DNA from: Macrostomum lignano
Lineage: Eukaryota
Assembly (NCBI GenBank): GCA_002269645.1
Contig: NIVC01001484.1
Location: 207,527 to 271,526, forward strand
Reading direction: 5' to 3'
DNA: 64,000 bases
In this document: in pieces, positions 38,142 to 48,504 of the stretch
How the letters are laid out: each line of letters begins with the position of its first letter
Numbering within the stretch: the stretch's first letter is position 1
The notes under the pieces: generated by a model
What the model was told of the DNA's origin: nothing
Databases searched by the model: none
What the model saw: the letters and a program-made list of their open reading frames with translations, nothing else
Made by a program: the position numbers and the translations under genes

Positions 38142-41078
38142 TTACGAGTTTAAAAGTGCAACGAGCACGATGCACTCAGGCTCACGTACGAACGGGTTAT
38201 AGTCTGACGTAACTTTCATGTCGTCAATTCTCGTCCACACACAGCTCAGTACGCTTGCTGTGAAATGTCCCGATTTCAGTCGGTTTCCATGGTGTGATAT
38301 TGTGGCCACTGGCTTACCAAGTGTAGAAACACCCCCTGACCTTGAAGAAAAGCTTACAGGAGTTTGAAGCTTAAGGTGGCCATCCATACTAGCACGATCA
38401 AGATATATCAGGGTAAACTTTCCAGGTGTTACTACGATCTCTTGATTACAATCGCCCAGGCAATTGGCGTCCGAACATTTCACTACCTGAGGAGCGACAA
38501 AAGCGCAGAAGATTTTGTCTAAACTGACAATTGAGCGCTCAAATTGACAGAGAGGAATGCAAATCACTCTGTTATCGATTGTGCCAACAGGAACTTCAGC
38601 ACTTGTGCGCTGGCAATCCCGACAAGTTTGAATGAGTGAAAATTCTGTGAAAGCATCTGATGACAGAAATTCCAGATGTATTAGAAGCGTTTGAACAAAT
38701 TCGTTGACGCAATGGTGCTGATTTGTTTGAAATGAATCTGGATGTTGCAACCGAACTGCCGTTAACAGTGGAGTGACTGTTGCAGACCGCTGTTGCATCT
38801 CCGTCAGAAGACGAAGCAGCTCTCGATGGACTTGGTCGTTGCTAGTCTCTTTTAAAATGCATCCATTAGAATGCAGGCAGAGAAACAATTGCACTGCTGC
38901 ATTTGCGTAGCACTGCAGGCCATTATTTGGCAACCCAAATAACTTCTTCGGCGAATTCAATGAACCAGTAGCATTTGAACTGTGCCTCTGTTCATCTTGC
39001 TGCGATTCAGCACTGTCTCTGCGAGGTGCATTTGGAGCTGGATGACCACCAGATTGATCATTGTAAAGATTGGCAATCAGTGCTTTTGGCAAAGCACTGT
39101 CAATAAATCGGAAGCTGCTGCCACACATGTTGTAGCTTTCGGGGTGATATGCATAACAGCCTAGCATTCTAACCACAGCCATAACATGACTGTCACACCC
39201 TGCTGTCCTGCTTCCGGCCTTTGAGGATGAAAAGTAGCCATGCAGACGCAGCAGCCCCGAGTCACGAAATCCGAATCGGTTACCACTTGCAGTTTCGCAA
39301 ATACGAAGGACAACTCGGTAAGTTTTTGACCGATGACGGGAATGAAGAACGGCTAAATATATCCAAGATGGCCTCCATTCTCCAAACTTACTGCTCCACC
39401 CCTTTGGTGGCGCTCGCTGATGAAACTTCCAGCATTTTAAATGGCTTGGCAGTTCAGAAATCAACAATTCGAAATCGCGCCACGAGTCTCCAGCGTAGCT
39501 ACTGAGCACCTCATGAACTCTGACGTTTTCGATGTAGCGTTTTGACTGAAGAACGTGGTATGGGCCGATGCTAAGCTCTTCCAGATTTCTTTCGTCAACG
39601 CTGGGGAACCCTGAACTTTCAGGGTCCAGGGGATCCACTGCTGTCCATTTTCGGGTAGAACTCGTTGGTATTCGAGTCAAATCGCAATTGTACTCAAGTT
39701 GCTCAATTTCGTCTAGCTCATTCGCAATGAAAAGACGTTTAGCAAAGTTCCGTCCGTATTCGAACATGGAGCAATCTGACCATGACGGCGGCAGACTCCT
39801 TGTAGCTTGAAATCCTGGATGCGAACGGTTGAATTTTGCCATGGAGTTTTCAATAACAACATCGAGCCGGCTGCGTTCGGTAAACTCTGGGGCATGTAGC
39901 CATTGGTACGGCTCCTGTCGCTCATTTATGCATTTGTCCTGCTTGATTGCAGCAAAGCTACATTCTACGAGATAACGGAAAAGCGTAGCGCAGCGACTTG
40001 TATTTGCTTCGATTGATGTAAGCTTTCCTGGTATTGATCGGTCACCAACAGGAGCCTCATTATTTACAAATTCAAACTGCTCGTTTAGAACTCGGTCACC
40101 TGGACTGGTCGGAAATAGAAGCGTCGTGCAGCCTTTACTATTAGTCTCTATAAAGTCGCGGAAGTTAACCGAAGTTGGTGAACAAAGTTGGTGGCTGTAA
40201 CCTTTGTCGAAAATGCCAATAACGTGATAATCTTTCTGTACAGAGCACAGAATGCGCAACAAAATGGGCTCTATTAGTCCTTCAGCCTCCATGTCAACTT
40301 GCATTGCAGTCAAATTCCCATCGCCCATTGTTGGCGAGATAGCGGCGGTAAGGGGAGCGGTGTAGATAATTTTTCCTCTACTGTTGACAACCGCCATTTT
40401 TTTGTTCACATTCATTTTCTTGCCGGAAAAGTAAGTTCGAATTTGCGTGTGGTGTGAGCTGCTCTTAGGGAGATAAAAGTAAGTATGATCACCCACTAGA
40501 AGAACAAGCTTCTTGCCTTTGAGTAGCGTGTGAAATACACCGAGAATAAATTGATCGCGTACTACATTTTCCTCAAGCAGAGTCTGAATCGGAGTCGACG
40601 CTATCGACCTCGGTTGATATGGATCCCGTAGGTACTGCTCCTTGGCAATCTCCCAAAAAATGTCGCATGCTCTTTGGGCAGAAATGTTGAAATCGAAAGC
40701 TAATGATTGAAAGCTGCAACCTTGGCGAAGCTTCTTCAGGTACAAAAATATTCGAGATGGCTTTGTCAAAATACGAAGGCGAGATACTTCTGGTAACATT
40801 TCTGAGAAGCTATCGAAATCACTATAGCTAAGACCGCAAATACGTTTGAACTCCTTCTCATTTGCGGTTCGTGGAAAAAGGTTTGGGTTCAAAAAAACTT
40901 TCACATACTTACCACCGACCGCAAGAAACTGAAGCGCCTCTCGTGCGTTTCTCGGAGGCGCGAAGGCTCCAGACGATTCAGATGAGCAGCGACCACATCT
41001 AGTCGTTTCGAGATGTCGGTTCAAATTGGCTGCTTTGCTGAATTGATGACCACATTGAGAGCAAGTAAAATCGGACAT
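38142..41078 (-). CDS. Transposase fused to a ubiquitin-specific protease: C2H2 finger - HTH - DDE_Tnp_4-like nuclease - SWIM-like - USP/UCH (C19), ~978 aa
   Basis: N-terminal CSQCGHQFSKAANLNRH; HTH region IFLYLKKLRQGCSFQSLAFDFNISAQRACDIFW; catalytic motifs GDHTYFYLPKS...QIRTYFSGKK, FDKGY and RYLVECSFAAIK. SWIM-like SSKAGSRTAGCDSH. USP Cys box GLPNNGLQCYANAAVQLF, His box ISHHGNRLKSGHFTA, and WTRIDDMKV. Uninterrupted ORF; first ATG at 41078. Confidence 0.9.
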   Translation of the reverse strand: MSDFTCSQCGHQFSKAANLNRHLETTRCGRCSSESSGAFAPPRNAREALQFLAVGGKYVKVFLNPNLFPRTANEKEFKRICGLSYSDFDSFSEMLPEVSRLRILTKPSRIFLYLKKLRQGCSFQSLAFDFNISAQRACDIFWEIAKEQYLRDPYQPRSIASTPIQTLLEENVVRDQFILGVFHTLLKGKKLVLLVGDHTYFYLPKSSSHHTQIRTYFSGKKMNVNKKMAVVNSRGKIIYTAPLTAAISPTMGDGNLTAMQVDMEAEGLIEPILLRILCSVQKDYHVIGIFDKGYSHQLCSPTSVNFRDFIETNSKGCTTLLFPTSPGDRVLNEQFEFVNNEAPVGDRSIPGKLTSIEANTSRCATLFRYLVECSFAAIKQDKCINERQEPYQWLHAPEFTERSRLDVVIENSMAKFNRSHPGFQATRSLPPSWSDCSMFEYGRNFAKRLFIANELDEIEQLEYNCDLTRIPTSSTRKWTAVDPLDPESSGFPSVDERNLEELSIGPYHVLQSKRYIENVRVHEVLSSYAGDSWRDFELLISELPSHLKCWKFHQRAPPKGWSSKFGEWRPSWIYLAVLHSRHRSKTYRVVLRICETASGNRFGFRDSGLLRLHGYFSSSKAGSRTAGCDSHVMAVVRMLGCYAYHPESYNMCGSSFRFIDSALPKALIANLYNDQSGGHPAPNAPRRDSAESQQDEQRHSSNATGSLNSPKKLFGLPNNGLQCYANAAVQLFLCLHSNGCILKETSNDQVHRELLRLLTEMQQRSATVTPLLTAVRLQHPDSFQTNQHHCVNEFVQTLLIHLEFLSSDAFTEFSLIQTCRDCQRTSAEVPVGTIDNRVICIPLCQFERSIVSLDKIFCAFVAPQVVKCSDANCLGDCNQEIVVTPGKFTLIYLDRASMDGHLKLQTPVSFSSRSGGVSTLGKPVATISHHGNRLKSGHFTASVLSCVWTRIDDMKVTSDYNPFVREPECIVLVALLNS

Positions 41079-41389
41079 TACTAGCAAGTATAAAACGCAA
41101 TCTGCAACAAATCTGCACCTGTCATAAAACTAAGTAAGAAAAACTGACCAAAACCTTAACTTCATTAATATATCACTTAAAATATATCACTTAAACTAAT
41201 GCTACAAATACTTGACGCACAGTATCAAAAATCTCTCGCCTAAAGTGGTCAAATCAAAACCGCGAAAACATTCTCAAAAATCCGGAAAAATTAAACGACG
41301 GAAATATTACAATGCAAACAATATATAATAGCTAAAATAAAATACACCCGCTAATGCGATATTCGAATAGAATAGAGCTTCGTCACTTG

Positions 41390-43120
41390 AAACCGGATGG
41401 GATGTCTCGGCGATTCTAGTCGTCTGGGCCGACAAGTTATCGATTGCAGTCGGTTTGGTCCGGAGCTGAACTTCGGGCTCCATTCCAGAGCCTTAAGTTG
41501 ACATGAGATCCCCATTTTATCCCCTTTATCCCCTGGGACCCCAAGGAAGGGAGCCGGATGGGATGTCTCGGCGATTCTAGTCGTCTGGGCCGACAAGTTA
41601 TCGATTGCAGTCGGTTTGGTCCGGAGCTGAACTTCGGGCTCCATTCCAGAGCCTTAAGTTGACATGAGATCCCCATTTTATCCCCTTTATCCCCTGGGAC
41701 CCCAAGGAAGGGAGCCGGATGGGATGTCTCGGCGATTCTAGTCGTCTGGGCCGACAAGTTATCGATTGCAATCGGTTTGGTCCGGAGCTGAACTTCGGGC
41801 TCCATTCCAGAGCCTTAAGTTGACATGAGATCCCCATTTTATCCCCTTTATCCCCTGGGACCCCAAGGAAGGGAGCCGGATGGGATGTCTCGGCGATTCT
41901 AGTCGTCTGGGCCGACAAGTTATCGATTGCAGTCGGTTTGGTCCGGAGCTGAACTTCGGGCTCCATTCCAGAGCCTTAAGTTGACATGAGATCCCCATTT
42001 TATCCCCTTTATCCCCTGGGACCCCAAGGAAGGGAGCCGGATGGGATGTCTCGGCGATTCTAGTCGTCTGGGCCGACAAGTTATCGATTGCAGTCGGTTT
42101 GGTCCGGAGCTGAACTTCGGGCTCCATTCCAGGGCCTTAAGTTGACATGAGATCCCCATTTTATCCCCTTTATCCCCTGGGACCCCAAGGAAGGGAGCCG
42201 GATGGGATGTCTCGGCGATTCTAGTCGTCTGGGCCGACAAGTTATTGATTGCAGTCGGTTTGGGCCGGAGCTGAACTTCGGGCTCCATTCCAGAGCCTTA
42301 AGTTGACATGAGATCCCCATTTTATCCCCTTTATCCCCTGGGACCCCAAGGAAGGGAGCCGGATGGGATGTCTCGGCGATTCTAGTCGTCTGGGCCGACA
42401 AGTTATCGATTGCAGTCGGTTTGGTCCGGAGCTGAACTTCGGGCTCCATTCCAGAGCCTTAAGTTGACATGAGATCCCCATTTTATCCCCTTTATCCCCT
42501 GGGACCCCAAGGAAGGGAGCCGGATGAGATGTCTCGGCGATTCTAGTCGTCTGGGCCGACAAGTTATCGATTGCAGTCGGTTTGGTCCGGAGCTGAACTT
42601 CGGGCTCCATTCCAGAGCCTTAAGTTGACATGAGATCCCCATTTTATCCCCTTTATCCCCTGGGACCCCAAGGAAGGGAGCCGGATGGGATGTCTCGGCG
42701 ATTCTAGTCGTCTGGGCCGACAAGTTATCGATTGCAGTCGGTTTGGTCCGGAGCTGAACTTCGGGCTCCATTCCAGGGCCTTAAGTTGACATGAGATCCC
42801 CATTTTATCCCCTTTATCCCCTGGGACCCCAAGGAAGGGAGCCGGATGGGATGTCTCGGCGATTCTAGTCGTCTGGGCCGACAACTTATCGATTGCAGTC
42901 GGTTTGGGCCGGAGCTGAACTTCGGGCTCCATTCCAGAGCCTTAAGTTGACATGAGATCCCCATTTTATCCCCTTTATCCCCTGGGACCCCAAGGAAGGG
43001 AGCCGGATGGGATGTCTCGGCGATTCTAGTCGTCTGGGCCGACAAGTTATCGATTGCAGTCGGTTTGGTCCGGAGCTGAACTTCGGGCTCCATTCTGGTG
43101 CTTAAGTTGACATCCCCTTT
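41390..43120 (-). repeat. Right-arm array of the 161 bp unit (~11 copies), inverted relative to the left arm
   Basis: Reverse complement of the left-arm unit, same period. Confidence 0.98.
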
Positions 43121-43661
43121 GTCGGAATTGATTGGAAATTTCGCAGTATAAGCCATAGATAGGAGGACAGAAAAAGCCAATTCATAGCCAACTGTCGGAA
43201 TTGATTGCAAATTGTTTGAATTGATTGCAAAGTGTCGGTTTCTCGTGGTAGCTTGTTTGCTTTGTTTGAAAATTGTCGCTTTTGAAAGCACATTTGTCGG
43301 AATTGAATGCACGTCCGGCCAAGTACTATACCATAAACTGTCTGAATTGAATGAAAAGATTTTGACTTTGATTGCACGTTTGCCAAAATAGAATGGAAAA
43401 GGTGTAATAGGCCATTGACTAATGTTTTGTAGATGTGTGACTAATCGCCCATAGACTCATGGTTTCTAGATGTATGGCTAGCTAATACCCAATAGAATAT
43501 AGAGGCTATCAAAGATGCAGCAATTAGCCAACATACAGATAAAACACGTAGGCTATAGGCTTTGTTGGACATTTGAAAAACAAAAAAACTTTTTTCAATT
43601 ATATGACAACAACCGTTTAGTACTATGAGTAGTTAGTCATAAACAGAATCTTAAAGCTGCG

Positions 43662-44630
43662 TCACTGCTGCGGACCATAGTAGCCGCCTTCGGTTCGCCA
43701 GTCAGGCGCTCCGGTCCCACTGGTACCTACTGTGGAGTTTTGATGGTGCGACTGCTGCTGCTGAGGCTGGTTGTTGCTGGTGCCTCCGCTGCCCCTGCCA
43801 CCAGTGAAGACGGTCAGAATGAGAAATGCTCCGGAAATCAGGGCGCACAGGAGCGACCAGCCGAGCTTGTCTGAGTGGGTCACGGTTCGAGCAATGCTGG
43901 CCGCGATCAGGCCGCTGATGCCTAGTGGGGAAAGTGAGATTCAGGAAGTGGCTTGGCAGTTTGGGCTTTGGCGGAGAGTGACACAAGGGGTGAGGTGGAG
44001 AGTGATACAGTGGGTGAGGTGGAGAGTGATACAGTAGGTGAGGCGGAGAGTGACACAATGAATGAGGCGGAGAGTGACACAGTGGGTGAGGCGGAGAGTG
44101 ACACAATGAATGAGGCGGAGAGTGACACAGGAGATGAGGCGAAGAGTGACACAGTGGGTGAGGCGGAGAGTGACACAATGAATAAGGCGGAGAGTGACAC
44201 AGTGGGTGAGGCGGAGAGTGACACAGTGGGTGAGGCGGAGAGTGACACAGTGGGTGAGGCGGAGAGTGACACAATGAATAAGGCGGAGAGTAACACAGTG
44301 GGTGAGGCGGAGAGTGACACAGTGGGTGAGGCCGAGAGTGAAACAGGGGGTGAGGCGGCCGGCCCAGCCCTCACCTGCCAATATCATGCAGCCGGCATCC
44401 ACAAGCAGCACAATATTATTGCCCTCGAAAATGTCGAGAAAGGTACAGGCAAACGTGAACGCCAATCCAATAAAGTAAGTTAATAAACCGATAATTAAAA
44501 AGGCGGTCTTCGCGTCATTCTGTTGAGCGTCGAGCAGGAAGACGTCGTTAGCCGACAGCCAGACAATGAAGCCGATTGAAGACAGAATGAAGGCCAACCG
44601 AAGCCACAGCGGCCGTTCGTGGAAGATCAT
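43662..44630 (-). CDS. Small four-TM membrane protein (claudin/PMP22-like topology), two exons, ~171 aa
   Basis: Exon 44630-44375 (three hydrophobic segments, ending CMILAG|GTGAGG); acceptor CACTAG| at 43921 continues GISGLIAASIART...LGWSLLCALISGAFLILTV, then a G/Q-rich tail. Phase 1 matches. Confidence 0.75.
43975..44345 (+). repeat. 24 bp minisatellite filling the intron of the 4-TM gene
   Basis: GAGGCGGAGAGTGACACAGTGGGT, about 15 copies. Confidence 0.95.
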
Positions 44631-45140
44631 TTGAGGGCCCGATCAGAGTGCCAGCTTTAGCCAACGGAGACGCGCTAGGAGAGTGCGTTTTCGCTCCCGC
44701 TGTTTTGGGATTTTAGACAGCCGGATTGCTGTTGACACAGCCTTGGAGGAGGGCCGCAGCAACTCTTCCTGCCTGCTCGGTGGAAAATTGCTCCATTGGA
44801 CGAGGGCAGGTGTACTTGGCAGAACACTTGGGAAGGAAGGTGGCTGGCCACCGGGCGACCACCTCAATTCTGACGCGTGCCGTACTTCCTTCTGAGCTAA
44901 ACCTGCCCTCTACCTCCCCAGTCCTGTGTCCGTGCCCCTCTAGCTTAGGGGATTATAGTTAGACACGAGCCCCGCCCTAAGCTGCCCACCCCAGACCATC
45001 TGCCAGGTACTGTACGTGCCAGCAAAACCCAATTCTGTACTCCGATCTGCTGCAAAGATAGCCGCGTTGCACTCGGGTGAAGAAATCAATGCCAACTGTT
45101 CATTGCTAAAAACGAGTTCACGCTTTTTCGGACTCACTAT

Positions 45141-45142
<2 letters not shown>

Positions 45143-45209
<67 letters not shown>

Positions 45210-45275
45210 GACTAACTAACTAACCAACTAACTAACTAACTAAATAACTAACTAACTAACTAACTAACTATCTAT

Positions 45276-45355
<80 letters not shown>

Positions 45356-45356
45356 A

Positions 45357-45391
<35 letters not shown>

Positions 45392-45419
45392 CTATCTAAC
45401 TAACTAACTAACTATCTAT

Positions 45420-45507
<88 letters not shown>

Positions 45508-45538
45508 TTAACTAACTAATTAACTTAACTAACTAACG

Positions 45539-45604
<66 letters not shown>

Positions 45605-45632
45605 ATAACTAACTAACTAACTAACTATCTAT

Positions 45633-45673
<41 letters not shown>

Positions 45674-45674
45674 C

Positions 45675-45705
<31 letters not shown>

Positions 45706-45706
45706 C

Positions 45707-45748
<42 letters not shown>

Positions 45749-45749
45749 A

Positions 45750-45784
<35 letters not shown>

Positions 45785-45788
45785 CTAT

Positions 45789-45826
<38 letters not shown>

Positions 45827-45850
45827 TACTAACTGACTGACTAACTGAAT
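45143..45850 (+). repeat. (CTAA)n microsatellite
   Basis: Near-perfect array with CTAT/CCAA variants. Confidence 0.99.
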
Positions 45851-46789
45851 GACTAACTCAGTATAAAAGTGGCACATGACAGGCACCTAATTGCATAAAA
45901 ATGAAGGAAAGCTTTAAGAACCAGTTCGGTCACATAACTGCGCATATAAATAAGAATTTTGAATAATTAATGCCTTGACTTGACATAGCGAAAACGCGTC
46001 TTTACTTGTATGTGCATACCAATTCTTGATTAATTCGCTTTTTCAGCTCGCAAGTCTCCTGGCAAAAATCTAAGACGGAAATTGGACTGCAAATGAGCTT
46101 TCTGCCAGGGTTTCAGTACTGAACCTGCTGTGTCGTACCTACGAGCGTTAAATGATTTTTTGTTAAAGTACACCAATATTCATTTTTCAGTCTCTGCTGC
46201 TACCACACGGTCACCTCTATTTCATAACGGATCAATTTATATAGTTTTATAATTTTTCTAATAAGTTTAGAAGTGGAATGTACTCGCGGTTTTCTGAGAC
46301 ATAGTTTATTGGTTGAATCTTTGTTGAAATCAACAAGAATGTTGTTCTTTTAAAAGCAAATTTCTCAATAGTTTATTTGTGATGCAAGTTTTAAGCTGTG
46401 CATCAAACTACAAATCCAACACTTAAAGTATCCTATGTTTTAATGAACAATCAGCCTACTAACAAGTAGCAAATATGAGACATGCAATGGGCTGCCTAGG
46501 AAAGACTAAGTTAAAATTGAACTGCCATAGTGCAGAACAATACTCTAATTGAAGTTAGTCCAAGGCCGAATCTCTCAACAACTATGAAAATTATTTGAAG
46601 GCTTAACTTCGTACATTGGATGTGACCACGCATAAACTCTGTCAAATTTAAATATTGAAAAATAAGTCTACCAAAGACTGGAAAAAGCAAAATTCAAGTT
46701 AACAAACGTTGATAAAGAGAGCCGAGTTCGATCTGTGGCTGTAAATATTACAGAAACTTATGCACTGTAAGCATGAGATGAAGAGCAGA

Positions 46790-47045
46790 GATCAGAGACA
46801 CAGTGTGAGACACAAGGCCGAGATCAGAGACACAGTGTGAGACACAAGGCCGAGATCAGAGACACAGTGTGAGACACAAGGCCGAGATCAGAGACACAGT
46901 GTGAGACACAAGGCCGAGATCAGAGACACAGTGTGAGACACAAGGCCGAGATCAGAGACACAGTGTGAGACACAAGGCCGAGATCAGAGACACAGTGTGA
47001 GACACAAGGCCGAGATCAGAGACGCAGTGTGAGACACAAGGCAGA
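46790..47045 (+). repeat. 32 bp tandem repeat (AGATCAGAGACACAGTGTGAGACACAAGGCCG), ~8 copies
   Basis: Perfect array; its reverse complement closely matches the 32-bp variant in 48505-51240. Confidence 0.96.
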
Positions 47046-47604
47046 GAGGCACTGCTATATTGCTTTATCTGTTAAAATAAATCGAGCCTAGACAGAATCA
47101 AGTCAAATGCAATATCGATGGGCAGCCTACTCACTTGACAACCCCCCAACCAGCAGCCACAATACGCCACCACGTTCTACTTTATTGCTCCTGGCCTGCT
47201 GACGTCAGTCGATTTGACTGGAACCTAGTTTGAGTCAATTATTTTAATAGATAAAGCAGTCTTCTTTTAATTGAAGCAAATAAAAGCCGTGAATCTCCTG
47301 GTCCACCTCCATAATTGCGGACACGCCTCGGTCTTTAATAGGTAGCCTCGATTCCCCAAATCACACCTGCTCTGCAGTGGGTGTAATTGCAGCATTTCGT
47401 TGGATGAAATCTAATGCTAATAATTGAATAATTTTGCCTATCAGGCAACTGCTCAATTGAGCTTCTGAGCCAAAAGTCTATAAAATGCGGCACCTTTTCG
47501 CAGCTCCTGACCATCGAACCAATCGACTTACGGGTGCCTCATCGGTTCTCCAGACTCAACCCAGCTTCCTACCTGCCTGCCTGCAGCTCAAGCCGCATCT
47601 CGCC

Positions 47605-47967
47605 ATGCTCAACACGCCTCTCCATCTGCTCCTTCTGTGTCTGACGACCGTCGCTCTCCCCGAGTCGCTCCGCCTGACGGCCACAAGTGGCGAAGGTCTG
47701 GAAGCTCTCGTGGCTCAGGTGAGTGGGTCATCCCACAAGATTAGCACTGCCCATGCATGCAAGCACACGCAGCTTTGTCAGCAGCCTCAGCCTCAAAGTT
47801 TTCAGCCCACAGTCGGCCACGGCAGCCCGAGAGACCGCCAGTCAGTCACCGAAGTCTACCAGCCAGCTGTGAAGAAGTGGCACGAGATGAAGAGAGGATT
47901 CTGGGGTCCGTACAAGTACTGCAGCAGCTTCTACCAGCCGCTCTCGTGCTGGGGACTGCCTCGCTAG
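47605..47967 (+). CDS. Secreted peptide precursor (neuropeptide/hormone-like), two exons, ~91 aa
   Basis: GCCATG start; signal-like MLNTPLHLLLLCLTTVALP; 87-nt intron CAG|GTGAGT (47719) to TTTTCAG| (47805); dibasic KR followed by GFWGPYKYCSSFYQPLSCWGLPR*. Confidence 0.7.
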   Translation: MLNTPLHLLLLCLTTVALPESLRLTATSGEGLEALVAQVSGSSHKISTAHACKHTQLCQQPQPQSFQPTVGHGSPRDRQSVTEVYQPAVKKWHEMKRGFWGPYKYCSSFYQPLSCWGLPR

Positions 47968-48504
47968 CGGCTGAGCCATCCACAGACCTGACAAGAGGCC
48001 TGACACTCCTGACGAGAGGAGTCTGACAATGCTGACTAGTTTTTGTGTTGTGTGCAAAGCTTTTCCTTATTACAGTAGGGACTAGCGGGGCCGTAGCCAA
48101 GAGGTCAATGGGGTCCGTGACCCCCATTGGCTGACTAAAGAATACGGCGTCCCCTGACCAGCGGCTTCAATACTTCTTCTCCCCACTGAAACTCCTGACT
48201 GCTCCTGCAGCCAGTGCGAATACTCATACAAGTGGTCTCAAGCGCGCCAGAAACCGTCTCTAAGCTCTCAAACGCTCCCACACCGAGTCTCAGTGTCTCA
48301 AACTACTTTAAATATTTTATCAAGTGCAATCAGCAGCCCCAACGTACAGGCTTTTGTGTCCTAATAAACTCTCGCTTTTGTCCACCGCAAATGTGCAAGG
48401 ACGACTTTATGTTCATTTATTGGCATCGAAACAAGTGCCTCAGGTACTTTATGCACACCTACTGATATGAAGGTAGAGCTTGTGTCCCGTGCTCAGTAGT
48501 GGCT

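Larger units (their letters stand above)
35115..43404 (-). mobile_element. Fold-back DNA transposon (~8.3 kb), PIF/Harbinger/ISL2EU (IS5-related) type, with very long TIRs and a transposase-USP fusion ORF
   Basis: Outer inverted block ~35120-35335 matches ~43190-43400. Inverted 161-bp arrays follow, then an inner inverted block ~37455-37525 matching ~41325-41395. TA is duplicated at 35113-35114 and 43405-43406. The centre holds one long ORF. Confidence 0.9.

Noticed and set aside
35567-43312. Series of 122-aa MEPEVQLRTK... ORFs on both strands
   Set aside because: Artefacts of the 161-bp tandem unit, which is not a multiple of 3, so frames rotate; no protein-like features.
43702-44483. CHSPPH / EAESDTVG repeat ORFs
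   Set aside because: The 24-bp minisatellite lies within the GT-AG intron of the 4-TM gene.
45143-45850. (CTAA)n/(TTAG)n as an interstitial telomere
   Set aside because: A tetranucleotide unit, not TTAGGG or TTAGG; one of many tetranucleotide arrays in this window.
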